From contig OZ246395.1 of assembly GCA_965230915.1 (NCBI GenBank), forward strand, positions 472,935 through 536,934: 64,000 nucleotides of DNA, written 5' to 3'. Positions 50,186 through 59,913 of this stretch are shown here, one piece after another (the stretch's first letter is position 1; each line of letters starts with the position of its first letter). The translations under genes and the position numbers were made by a program. Below the pieces are notes generated by a model, which worked only from the letters and a program-made list of their open reading frames with translations, was not told the DNA's origin and searched no databases. Source of the stretch: an uncultured Candidatus Saccharibacteria bacterium (lineage in GTDB: Bacteria > Patescibacteriota > WWE3 > 2-01-FULL-39-13).

Positions 50186-52090
50186 ATGTCTAAAATATTA
50201 GGAATCGACCTAGGAACAACCAACAGCGCGATGGCTGTGATGGAAGGTGGTCAAGCAAAAATAATCGAAAATGCAGAAGGGAATCGTACAACCCCATCAG
50301 TTGTTACAATCTCTAACGGTCAATATACAGTTGGAGTATCTGCAAAAAGACAAGCAGTTATAAATCCAAAAAACACTATTTATTCTGTAAAAAGTATCAT
50401 GGGCCGCAAATTTAGCGATCCGGAAGTACAGAAAATAATGAAAGAGGTGCCCTACACTATCAAGTCTGGCCAAAATGAAATGGCAGTCGTAGAAGTCGAT
50501 GGAAAGACATACACTCCACAAGAGATTTCAGCTCAGGTTTTAATAAAATTAAAACGCGATGCAGAGTCTTACCTTGGAGAAGCCGTTACTAAAGCTGTTA
50601 TTACCGTTCCAGCATATTTTAATGATGCGCAAAGAAACGCAACAAAAGAAGCCGGAAAAATTGCAGGTTTAGAGGTCGAAAGAATTATTAATGAACCGAC
50701 AGCTGCTTCACTTGCATATGGACTTGATAAAAAATCTAACGAAGAAATTGCAGTTTACGATTTAGGCGGAGGAACCTTCGACATTTCTGTTCTCGAAATT
50801 GGTGATGGCGTTTTCGAAGTTAAGTCTACAAACGGAGACACCCTTTTAGGCGGAGATGATTTCGATCGTGAAATTATCAACTGGTTAATCGAAGAGTTTA
50901 AAAAAGATAATGGGGTCGATTTAGCCGGTGACAAACAAGCTATGCAACGTCTAAAAGATGCTGCCGAAAAAGCTAAAATCGAGCTTTCTAGTGTTGATAG
51001 CACACAAATAAATATTCCATTTATCACAGCTGATGCTAGTGGGCCAAAACATTTAGACGTTAATTTAACACGTGCTAAATATGAACAGTTAGTAGATGGC
51101 CTTTTAAATAAAACATTAGGTCCGGTAGAACAAGCAATCAAAGACTCTGGTTTTGCAAAAACTGATATTGATGAAGTCGTTTTAGTTGGAGGAATGACAC
51201 GTACACCAAAAGTCATTCAAATTGTTAAAGACTTCTTTGGAAAAGAACCGCACAAAGGTGTTAACCCAGATGAAGTTGTTGCTGTCGGTGCAGCAATTCA
51301 AGGTGGGGTTTTAACTGGAGATGTTAAAGACGTTGTTTTACTTGATGTCACTCCACTTACACTTGGTATCGAAACATTAGGAGGAGTCTCTACTCCACTT
51401 ATAAAACGTAATACAACTATACCTACAAGTGCTTCTCAGGTGTTTAGTACAGCTGCAGACACCCAGACTAGCGTTCAGGTTCACGTTTTACAAGGCGAAA
51501 GAAACATGGCTTCAGATAATAAATCCCTAGGAACATTTATATTGGATGGAATCGCTCCTGCACCACGTGGAGTTCCACAAATTGAAGTTACTTTCGATAT
51601 CGACGCTAATGGTATTTTGAATGTTTCAGCAAAAGATAAAGCGACAAATAAAGAACAAAAGATAACTATTCAGGGAAGCACCGGCTTATCAGACGAAGAA
51701 ATCGACAAAATGGTCAAAGATGCCGAAAGCCATAAAGCTGAGGATGAAAAACGAAAACAATTGGTCGAAGTAAAAAATCAGGCTGAAAATTTAGTTTATA
51801 CAACCGAAAAATCTATTAAAGATTTAGGAGACAAAGTTGATGCAACTAAAAAAGCTGAAGCTGAGAAAATGGCAAGTGAATTAAAAGAGTTATTAAAGAC
51901 CTCTCAGAATGCTGATGAACTAAAAGCAAAAACCGATGCTTTAAGTGCAAAACTTCAAGAAATCGGAGCAGCTGCATATCAGCAAGCTGGTACTCAGGCT
52001 CAACCACAGCCAGAAAATGATCAGCCAAAAGGTGATAACAAAAAACCTGACGAAGACGTAATTGAAGGCCAAGTTGAAGAAAACAACTAA
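50186..52090 (+). CDS. dnaK: Chaperone DnaK
   Basis: [25 protein letters not shown]. Confidence 0.99.
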   Translation: MSKILGIDLGTTNSAMAVMEGGQAKIIENAEGNRTTPSVVTISNGQYTVGVSAKRQAVINPKNTIYSVKSIMGRKFSDPEVQKIMKEVPYTIKSGQNEMAVVEVDGKTYTPQEISAQVLIKLKRDAESYLGEAVTKAVITVPAYFNDAQRNATKEAGKIAGLEVERIINEPTAASLAYGLDKKSNEEIAVYDLGGGTFDISVLEIGDGVFEVKSTNGDTLLGGDDFDREIINWLIEEFKKDNGVDLAGDKQAMQRLKDAAEKAKIELSSVDSTQINIPFITADASGPKHLDVNLTRAKYEQLVDGLLNKTLGPVEQAIKDSGFAKTDIDEVVLVGGMTRTPKVIQIVKDFFGKEPHKGVNPDEVVAVGAAIQGGVLTGDVKDVVLLDVTPLTLGIETLGGVSTPLIKRNTTIPTSASQVFSTAADTQTSVQVHVLQGERNMASDNKSLGTFILDGIAPAPRGVPQIEVTFDIDANGILNVSAKDKATNKEQKITIQGSTGLSDEEIDKMVKDAESHKAEDEKRKQLVEVKNQAENLVYTTEKSIKDLGDKVDATKKAEAEKMASELKELLKTSQNADELKAKTDALSAKLQEIGAAAYQQAGTQAQPQPENDQPKGDNKKPDEDVIEGQVEENN

Positions 52091-52164
52091 CCTACTCTTC
52101 TTTAAGACAGAAAGTTGGAATCGTTTATAATGCTTTTATAATGGTTCCAACTTTTTGATTCTAT

Positions 52165-53070
52165 ATGTCACAAAAAGATCTCTATCAAACACTCGGAGTC
52201 AACAAAACAGCATCAGATGCAGAAATAAAAAGTGCATATCGAAAACTCGCACGTGAGTGGCATCCAGATGTTGCCAAAGACAAACCCGACGCAGAAAAAA
52301 AATTCAAAGATATAAATGAGGCCTATCAAATTCTAGGGAACAAAGAAAAGCGCGCAAAGTACGACCAATTTGGATACGCAGCATTTAACGGAAATGCTGC
52401 CGGCGGCGCAGGATATCAAGGCGATCCGTTCTCAGGTTTTGGAGGTAATGGTCCATTTCAATGGTCATACTCATCATCTGGAGGCGCTGGATTTGAAGAT
52501 CCATTCGATATTTTTGAACAAGTATTCGGTTTCCGTGGATTCGGCGGTGAACGGAAAGGCAGATCTCTTCGATATACACTAGCAATCGATTTTGTTGATG
52601 CAGTAAAAGGATATGAAGAAACCATAAACGTTGATGGAAAAAAGCTCAAGGTAAAACTTCCACAAGGAGTTCGAGATGGAACACAAATAAAATTCACAGG
52701 CCAAGGCGAAGCTGGCACAGACGGTAGAGCTCCAGGCGATTTATATTTAGTAGTAAGCATAAAACCTCATCCAGACTTTGAAAGACAAGGTATGGAAACT
52801 ATCTCAGAAAAAACAATTTCGATGGCACAAGCTGCACTTGGAACAAAATTACAAGTAAAAGTTGTTGACCCACAAAGTAAAACTGGTATATCTGAAATTA
52901 CAGTGAATATTCCATCTGGAACCCAATCAGGTGCTCAAATAAGACTTCGCGGATACGGCATGCCTAATCCAAATGGCTTTGGCAGAGGTGACCACTATTT
53001 AATAATTAAAGTTGAAATTCCAAAAAAACTAAATAAACAGCAGAAAAAAGCATTGGAGGAGCTTTTTTAA
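52165..53070 (+). CDS. dnaJ: DnaJ co-chaperone lacking the zinc-finger domain
   Basis: HPD J-domain, G/F region, C-terminal domain; no CxxCxGxG repeats. Confidence 0.9.
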   Translation: MSQKDLYQTLGVNKTASDAEIKSAYRKLAREWHPDVAKDKPDAEKKFKDINEAYQILGNKEKRAKYDQFGYAAFNGNAAGGAGYQGDPFSGFGGNGPFQWSYSSSGGAGFEDPFDIFEQVFGFRGFGGERKGRSLRYTLAIDFVDAVKGYEETINVDGKKLKVKLPQGVRDGTQIKFTGQGEAGTDGRAPGDLYLVVSIKPHPDFERQGMETISEKTISMAQAALGTKLQVKVVDPQSKTGISEITVNIPSGTQSGAQIRLRGYGMPNPNGFGRGDHYLIIKVEIPKKLNKQQKKALEELF

Positions 53071-53071
53071 A

Positions 53072-54796
53072 ATGATTAACCAGCAAATTGCCGAAATCTT
53101 TAATAATATGGCGGCATATTGCGAAATGAGTAGTGATCGAAATGCATTTTTTAGAGGACGCGCTTTTAAAAAAGCTGCAGAAGTAGTCGATAAGTTTCCG
53201 TTCGACTTTGCTAGCCCAGAGTGGGGATTAGATATCGATAGAATGAAAAAGCTTGAAGGTATTGGGCCTCGCACAGCGGAACATATTAAAGAATTCGTCG
53301 AAACTGGCAAAATACAGGACTACGAAAATATGAAAAAGGAATCCCCCGTTGATCTTGAAGAATTATTAAAAGTTCAAAGCGTTGGTCCAAAAACCATTTT
53401 AAAACTTTATAAAGAACTTAACGTTACGAATATCGAGACATTAAAAGCTGCAGCAGAATCTGGCAAGATTGCTGAATTAGACGGTTTTGGCAAAAAGAAA
53501 GAACAAAACATTTTAGAAAGTCTTAATTTTGCTATTCGAAATAAAGACCGTGTTTCAATCGCGGCAGCAGAAAATCAAGTTAACCTTCTAAAAGAATTTT
53601 TAGCTAAAGACAAAAATATTACAAAAATAGAATTCGGTGGATCGTACCGCCGACGAAAAGAAACAATTGGTGACATTGATGTTTTAATTTGTTCTAAAGA
53701 TGCAAAAGCCAGTATGGAAAATTTTGCAAAATACAAAGAAGTTGAAAAAATTCTTGGGCAAGGCGAAACAAAGGTTTCAGTATGGCTAAGATCTAAAATG
53801 CAAGTAGATATGCGAGCACTTCCCAATGAAAGTTTTGGCGCTGCACTACAATACTTTACCGGTAGCAAAGAACATAATGTAAAACTTCGAAACATAGCCA
53901 TATCTCAAGGTTATAAATTATCAGATTATGGACTTTTCAAACGCTTAAAAAATGACGAAGAAGGAGAAATGGTTGAGGGCGACGACGAAGTTAAAATATA
54001 TAAGCGCCTTGTTGGCCAGTACATAGTCCCGGAACTTCGTGAAAATTTAGGGGAAATTGAGGCCGCACAAAAAAACGAATTACCGGAACTTATCAGCATA
54101 AAAGATATTAAGGGAGATCTTCAAATGCATACAACCAATAGCGACGGAAATAATTCTATCGAAGAAATGGCCTTAAAATGTAAAGCACTTGGCTACGAAT
54201 ATTTAGGAATAACCGACCACTTCGGCAAACTAAAAATTGCTGGAGCAATTGATCCACCTGAATTTAAGGCGTACTTAAAATCCATTCGTGAAGCTGACGA
54301 AAAAGTAAAAGGCATTCGCATTTATGCTTCAGGTGAAATTGAGATTGGAAAAGAAGGAGAACTTGAGTTTCCAGAAGATATGTTAAAAGAATTAGACTAC
54401 GTAATTGCATCCGTTCACTTTTCCACAAAGATGGATAGAACCGAAATGACAAAAAGAATAATTACCGCCCTAAAAAACCCATTAACAAAAATTTTAGCCC
54501 ACCCTACCGGCCGAATTGTAGGCCAAAGACCAAGCTTTGAATTCGACCACCGAGAGGTTTTTAAAGTAGCTCGCGAAGAGGGCGTTGCTTTAGAAATAAA
54601 TGCTCATCCATCTAGGTTAGATTTAAACGATAATCTAACGAAATTGGCGGTAGATATGGGATGTAAAATTGTTATAAACACTGATTCTCATGCGGTTATT
54701 GAACTAGAGAATATGAAATATGGAATAGATGTTGCAAGACGTGGTTGGGTTCAAGAAAAAGACCTTGCCAAGATAGGGCATATTGTTAGAGAATAA
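53072..54796 (+). CDS. polX: DNA polymerase X with PHP domain
   Basis: GSYRRRKETIGDID, YFTGSKEHN, HTTNSDG, TDH, NTDSH. Confidence 0.95.
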   Translation: MINQQIAEIFNNMAAYCEMSSDRNAFFRGRAFKKAAEVVDKFPFDFASPEWGLDIDRMKKLEGIGPRTAEHIKEFVETGKIQDYENMKKESPVDLEELLKVQSVGPKTILKLYKELNVTNIETLKAAAESGKIAELDGFGKKKEQNILESLNFAIRNKDRVSIAAAENQVNLLKEFLAKDKNITKIEFGGSYRRRKETIGDIDVLICSKDAKASMENFAKYKEVEKILGQGETKVSVWLRSKMQVDMRALPNESFGAALQYFTGSKEHNVKLRNIAISQGYKLSDYGLFKRLKNDEEGEMVEGDDEVKIYKRLVGQYIVPELRENLGEIEAAQKNELPELISIKDIKGDLQMHTTNSDGNNSIEEMALKCKALGYEYLGITDHFGKLKIAGAIDPPEFKAYLKSIREADEKVKGIRIYASGEIEIGKEGELEFPEDMLKELDYVIASVHFSTKMDRTEMTKRIITALKNPLTKILAHPTGRIVGQRPSFEFDHREVFKVAREEGVALEINAHPSRLDLNDNLTKLAVDMGCKIVINTDSHAVIELENMKYGIDVARRGWVQEKDLAKIGHIVRE

Positions 54797-54861
54797 GCCT
54801 AAATTAGAAGCCCAAATTCTAAAAAAAATAGATAAATTTCCTGCCTAAAACCGAGCCATTT

Positions 54862-55437
54862 ATGGTTAGCAACCGTTTACTTAGACATATATCTTTTATA
54901 CTTATCATTGTGGCAATAATGGTTACTGCCCCTTTAGTATCTGAAGCTCAAACAGAAATCCAAGAGCCAACTTCAAACGAGGCTGTAGCTTTAACAATTC
55001 CCAAAATTATAGATGAAAAACCCCTTAGAATTAGAATCGCCAATATAGGCATAAATGTAAATGTCGAAGATTCAGGAATCGAAAATGGCACATGGGCTGT
55101 ACCTGAGCATGCGGCTGGATTTGCCGAAGGAAGCGCCTATTTAGATGAAGAACATGGAAACTCAGTAATATTTGCTCACGCGCGCTGGGGACTATTTAAA
55201 CCGCTTATAGACGTTAAAGATGGCGATACTATCTCGGTTTTGGGTGAAAAGAATATGTACACATATAAAGTGACTTCGATAGAAAAAATCCTACCAGACG
55301 AAATTGACAAAATTAAGTCTTTCGGAGACCACCAACTAACACTTTTTACATGTGAAGGAATTAATGACGAATACCGACTCTTAGTAAAAGCCAAACGAAT
55401 AGATACATACAGTTTAAGTAATTCAGAAGTTATCTAA
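54862..55437 (+). CDS. Sortase
   Basis: N-terminal TM, SVIFAH, LTLFTC, RLLVKA catalytic His/Cys/Arg. Confidence 0.9.
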   Translation: MVSNRLLRHISFILIIVAIMVTAPLVSEAQTEIQEPTSNEAVALTIPKIIDEKPLRIRIANIGINVNVEDSGIENGTWAVPEHAAGFAEGSAYLDEEHGNSVIFAHARWGLFKPLIDVKDGDTISVLGEKNMYTYKVTSIEKILPDEIDKIKSFGDHQLTLFTCEGINDEYRLLVKAKRIDTYSLSNSEVI

Positions 55438-55454
55438 GGAGGTGACTTTAAACA

Positions 55455-56069
55455 ATGCCTACTACTAAAAAACCAGAAGAGCAATCTTTTCAAGACAAGC
55501 TAAAAGCATGGTGGGAAACAGATACAGCAAAAGCTGTTGCTACAGTTATTGCCGTTTTATTGATTCCAGCCGCAGTTATTGCTTGGAATTATGCGACAAC
55601 AAAAGGTCAGGAAGTATCTAATGAGTTAGAAACAGCAGACATGCAGGAAACTAACCCAGCAGCTGAAGAAACAGCAGCTATGCAAGGTGACGAAACAAAT
55701 GCAAATGGAGCAGATACTCAAGCTATGACACCTGATCAGAACGGCGGATTGAACTTAAAAGAGACAGTTCAGAACGTAGTCGAAAAAATGCAACAAGGAC
55801 AGGAACCAGCAACAAATGAGACTAATACAAACGAACAGATGGCAAACAATACAGACCAGAATAATAGTGAAAATACACCAGCTGTTGGTGGTTTAGGATC
55901 AGTTGAAAAACTTCCAAATACAAGTTCTGTAGTTACATACACAACTGTTAATGGAGATAATTACTATAGTATTTCATTGAAGGTTTGTGGAAACGAGTCT
56001 TTCTACAAAGCTAATATGAGAAAAAATTACTTGAAAGTTGGACAAACTCTACAAGTAACCTGCGAATAA
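55455..56069 (+). CDS. Membrane-anchored protein with internal LPNTS and C-terminal LysM-like domain
   Basis: Strong SD TAAGGAGGTGA; TM, Q/N/T/E linker, YTTVNGDN...LKVGQTL. Confidence 0.8.
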   Translation: MPTTKKPEEQSFQDKLKAWWETDTAKAVATVIAVLLIPAAVIAWNYATTKGQEVSNELETADMQETNPAAEETAAMQGDETNANGADTQAMTPDQNGGLNLKETVQNVVEKMQQGQEPATNETNTNEQMANNTDQNNSENTPAVGGLGSVEKLPNTSSVVTYTTVNGDNYYSISLKVCGNESFYKANMRKNYLKVGQTLQVTCE

Positions 56070-56087
56070 TAGCAGTAATACCTTCCC

Positions 56088-56195
56088 GGGGCTCGCAACT
56101 AAAGCAGCACTTAGCTAACTTTTGTGAAAGATCTTATAAAAGTTAGCTTTAGTGCTACTTATGGCCGGATGGCCATATAGAGCGAGCTCCAACCA
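56088..56195 (+). ncRNA. Candidate structured RNA (three-way junction)
   Basis: GGGGCTCGC/GCGAGCTCC closing stem, AGCTAACTTTT/AAAAGTTAGCT long arm, ATGGCC-GGAT-GGCCAT short arm. Confidence 0.45.
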
Positions 56196-56231
56196 TATAG
56201 ATTTCAAATATTAAAAATTAAAGATTCGTGG

Positions 56232-56287
56232 AAAAAAATAGGCAGAGCAATTAAGTGACGATGAATTTGTCAGATAATTACCCTGCC
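56232..56287 (-). terminator. Interrupted-hairpin terminator
   Basis: GGCAGGGTAATTA...TAATTGCTCTGCC followed by TATTTTTTT. Confidence 0.7.
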
Positions 56288-56315
56288 GGTAAAACGCACT
56301 AACTATACCGTCTTG

Positions 56316-56471
56316 CTAGTCAGCAGTGGGCAGTGGTGGCATGTACGAGTAGTCGGAACTATCCCCTTCTGCATCATCTTCGTCATCGTCATCGATAGCC
56401 TCAAGATTTGGAAAAGGACAACTTGGGTCAACTTCGTCATCTTTATCTTCTTGATCAAATGACTTTTCCAA
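56316..56471 (-). CDS. Small highly acidic protein, about 51 aa (start TTG 56471 or ATG 56486)
   Basis: AAGGAG precedes the in-frame TTG; own terminator; 20 of 51 residues are D/E. Confidence 0.5.
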   Translation of the reverse strand: MEKSFDQEDKDDEVDPSCPFPNLEAIDDDDEDDAEGDSSDYSYMPPLPTAD

Positions 56472-56571
56472 CAGTCTCTCCTTCATACAAAGCGTAGTGT
56501 GCGGTCGGCCTTTTGAGCCATGGGAAATTGTACTCTTAGTGAATGTAAAATCAATAATGATAATTGAGGCT

Positions 56572-59500
56572 TTAATTATCGGAGTTTTCGTTGTCATTCT
56601 CAGACTCTTCCTGATCTGTTTCTTCACGTTCTTTGCGTTTTTGTTCCTCTTTTTCTAATATATCCCTAACAACTTTCGGATCACATGCAACTTTAGGCTC
56701 TTTTCCTTTTTCGTATAGCTGAGTTACATTTGGACATCCGGAACAAGCCAATGTATTTGTTAATGGGCAAATATCAACTTCAATTAAACCAGCTGGCCTG
56801 GTTATAGAGCTAGCCATTGGACGGCTATCAATTAAATAGTCGACTGCTTTGCGCCAAATAGTCGAAGATCCGACATATCCGGAGGCTAAACCGACCATTG
56901 GTTTGTTATAGTTATTTCCGACCCAAGTTGCGACAACATAGTCGTCGTTATATCCGATCGCCCAGTTATCCTTTTCTTCATTTGTAGTACCTGTCTTTAC
57001 TGCGAATTGTTTCTTAGTTACGTTTAATTCAGAATTTGATCCAAAAGCTGCTGATCGAGCTCTGTTATCAGTTAAGACATTACTGATCATATAAGCGGTA
57101 TATTCACTCAAAACTTTATCTTTTGCACATGTATTATGCGGAATATTTTCAGTGGTCATAGTTGCAGCCATTGCATTTGTTTCAAACCAAGCTCTTCTAG
57201 TTAAAATTGATGTATCTTCATCTAAGAAATCTACACAATCATTCTGTTCAATTATATTTCCATATGAATCATAAATCTTTAGAATTGGATTAAGGTCTTT
57301 TCGGTATCCGCCATTTGCAAACACACCATAAACAACTGCCATGTCTGTCATTTTGACCTCACCAGCTCCTAAAGTTAAAGATAGTCCAAATCTGGATGAA
57401 TCATTCCAAGTTGAGATACCCATACTTTTAGCCTGGTCAACTAAAGCCTGAACTCCAAATTTATCTAGAAGCTTAACAGCTGGAATATTATATGAATTAG
57501 CTAAAGCTTGTTTCAAAGTTACCCGGCCATGAAATTTACCATCGTAGTTAACAGGCTTATATGTATTATTGGCACCGAGTTTGAATGTAATTGGATTATC
57601 TTCTATAACAGTACTGATTGTATAACCATTCTCTAGAGCCATTGCATAAGTGACGGGTTTTATAGATGAACCAGGCTGACGTGGAGAAATTGTTATATTA
57701 ACATTCCCATCATTTTCTGTATCCCAATAGTCTTTAGAACCTACCATTGCCAAAATCTCGCCAGTTTTTGGATCAGTAATTAAAGCAGCGCCGTTTGAAA
57801 CACGGTTTTTGCCTAATTTTGATACCTCAGATTCAACTATGCTTTCTAGCTCTGTTTGAAGATCGATATCAATGCTTGTAAATACGTCTAGTCCGCCTTG
57901 CATAACCATCAATTGGCCATATTTGTCTTCTAATTCAGAAATTACATAATTAACAAAATGTGGAGCTATAATTCGTTCACTAGGGCTCTTAAATTCAAGT
58001 TGCTCATTAAATGCATTATCTGAGTCTTGCTGAGAAATATATCCGCTAGCAACCATTCGATCCAAAACCAATTTCTGACGAATTTTGCCAGCTTCATAAT
58101 TTCCAACAAATGGAGAATATTTTGATGGCGAAGCTGGAAGTCCAGCTAAAAATGCGCTTTCACCTAAACTTAAACTTTCAAGATCCTTACCAAAATAGCG
58201 TTTAGCAGCGGCCTTAATACCGTATGCAGTTCCCCCATATGAAATTCGGTTTAAATACATTTCTAAAATCTGGTCTTTGCTATACATTCTTTCGACTTCG
58301 ACTGCCATTACGGCTTCTTTTGCCTTTCTTTCATAGGTTCTTTCTGAAGTTAATAGAGAATTTTTTACCAATTGTTGAGTAATAGTTGATCCTCCTTCCA
58401 TATCGTCTTCTAAAAATGTCTTTTTGGCCGCACGAATAATACCTCTTATAGAAAGACCATTGTGCTCATAGAAATTTGCATCCTCGATAGCAATTGTCGC
58501 GTGAAGGAGATTTTCGGGAATGCTAGAAAGCGGAACTATTGATCGATCTTCATCGTTATATAAACGGTATAAAACATTGCCTTTTCGGTCGTAAATTGTA
58601 GTTGTCTGACGAGGTTCATTTATTGATAAATTCTCAACTTTGGGAAGGTCTTCCCAAACAACAAAATAAAATGCTGTTCCTAGATATATTCCAATAAAGA
58701 AGGCTATAAATAGGAAAGTTCTAAATGAAAAAAGCTTGAACTTAACTTCAAAGCTAAAAATAGCCTTAAGGACTTTATAAATAGTGCGAAATGGCCATAG
58801 AAGTACATTCAAAATACCTAAGAGAGTCGTCTTTATAACATTTGATAAAAACTGAGTAAACCCAAGAAAGAATGGCTTTTTCTGTTTCTTTCCAGCGACC
58901 TTTGCTTTAGTTTGGACAATTTTAACTGGGGTAACTGGTTTTATTGCTGCTTTACTAACCTTTACCTTCTTCTTTGATTTAAAAATAGATGGAATTGCGA
59001 AAGTTATTGAAGGCAGAGCAAACTTTGGCATTCTTAACGCCGGCACTTGGATCTTTGGCATCCTTACCTCTGGCCAAGCAATTTTAGGAGTATTTATAGT
59101 AATATCAGGAATCTCAATTTTTACCTTTGCAAGGCGAACTATTTGGGTCCTAGATACTAAATAACCTTTTATAAACAAGCCAGCTAAATCCTTTAATTCA
59201 GCAATTAAAGCTTTCCATTCTGAAACAAAATATTTTTTTATGTCTAAACTCGGAATAGAAACCTTAGGAATTTCAGGCATTTTTGGCATTTGTACCTGAG
59301 GCACTGCAATAGTTGGCGCCTGAACTTTAGGTATATCAATTTTAGGAATTGTTAATTTAGGTGCTTCAAATTTAGGCAATTTAAGGCTTTTCTTTACTGC
59401 CTTTATTTTAGTATTAATAGCACCCCAAAACGATGTGCTATAGGTTTTAACCCAGTTAATTCCCGCAGTGTACAAATTCTTAGCCAATTTGAACAGGAAC

Positions 59501-59634
59501 CTAAACAGGTTTATGTATACTAACGGAATATAGTATAAAACCTCGAAAATGAAGTGTTTTTTATACCATGGGATAATCTTAGTTACTTTCACAGTTTTCT
59601 TATTTTTTTTGAGTTTTTTTTGCCTTCTGTCCAT
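56572..59634 (-). CDS. Class A penicillin-binding protein with long Pro/Lys-repeat N-terminal extension
   Basis: EDANFYEHNG, GGSTITQQ, GSSIKP, SYN, KTGT. Confidence 0.93.
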   Translation of the reverse strand: MDRRQKKLKKNKKTVKVTKIIPWYKKHFIFEVLYYIPLVYINLFRFLFKLAKNLYTAGINWVKTYSTSFWGAINTKIKAVKKSLKLPKFEAPKLTIPKIDIPKVQAPTIAVPQVQMPKMPEIPKVSIPSLDIKKYFVSEWKALIAELKDLAGLFIKGYLVSRTQIVRLAKVKIEIPDITINTPKIAWPEVRMPKIQVPALRMPKFALPSITFAIPSIFKSKKKVKVSKAAIKPVTPVKIVQTKAKVAGKKQKKPFFLGFTQFLSNVIKTTLLGILNVLLWPFRTIYKVLKAIFSFEVKFKLFSFRTFLFIAFFIGIYLGTAFYFVVWEDLPKVENLSINEPRQTTTIYDRKGNVLYRLYNDEDRSIVPLSSIPENLLHATIAIEDANFYEHNGLSIRGIIRAAKKTFLEDDMEGGSTITQQLVKNSLLTSERTYERKAKEAVMAVEVERMYSKDQILEMYLNRISYGGTAYGIKAAAKRYFGKDLESLSLGESAFLAGLPASPSKYSPFVGNYEAGKIRQKLVLDRMVASGYISQQDSDNAFNEQLEFKSPSERIIAPHFVNYVISELEDKYGQLMVMQGGLDVFTSIDIDLQTELESIVESEVSKLGKNRVSNGAALITDPKTGEILAMVGSKDYWDTENDGNVNITISPRQPGSSIKPVTYAMALENGYTISTVIEDNPITFKLGANNTYKPVNYDGKFHGRVTLKQALANSYNIPAVKLLDKFGVQALVDQAKSMGISTWNDSSRFGLSLTLGAGEVKMTDMAVVYGVFANGGYRKDLNPILKIYDSYGNIIEQNDCVDFLDEDTSILTRRAWFETNAMAATMTTENIPHNTCAKDKVLSEYTAYMISNVLTDNRARSAAFGSNSELNVTKKQFAVKTGTTNEEKDNWAIGYNDDYVVATWVGNNYNKPMVGLASGYVGSSTIWRKAVDYLIDSRPMASSITRPAGLIEVDICPLTNTLACSGCPNVTQLYEKGKEPKVACDPKVVRDILEKEEQKRKEREETDQEESENDNENSDN

Positions 59635-59830
59635 GGAGGTAAAAGTCTAACTATAAGACTCTGCGTATATTTTAAATTCATCCGCAATATGTGTCTATAG
59701 GTTCTTCGCTGACAAATTTGACCAAAATCCCCTCTTTCGCAAGTCATTTGGGTGATATTTTGACGATTTCTGTAATTTTATAAAAGGCTGAAGTCGTATA
59801 TAATTATGCAGTAATCTTGTAGATCCTTAT

Positions 59831-59904
59831 TGCCAGATCGTCTAATGGTAGGACAGCGGCCTTTGAAGCCGTCAATCATGGTTCGAGTCCATGTCTGGCA
59901 GCCA
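59831..59904 (+). tRNA. tRNA-Gln(TTG)
   Basis: TGCCAGA...GCGGC-CTTTGAA-GCCGT...TCTGGCA-G-CCA. Confidence 0.96.
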
Positions 59905-59913
59905 GATTAAATC

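Noticed and set aside
56088-56195. tmRNA or SRP RNA call
   Set aside because: Too short and no TTCGA T-loop or tag ORF for tmRNA; no SRP domain IV CAGG/GNRA/AGCA motif
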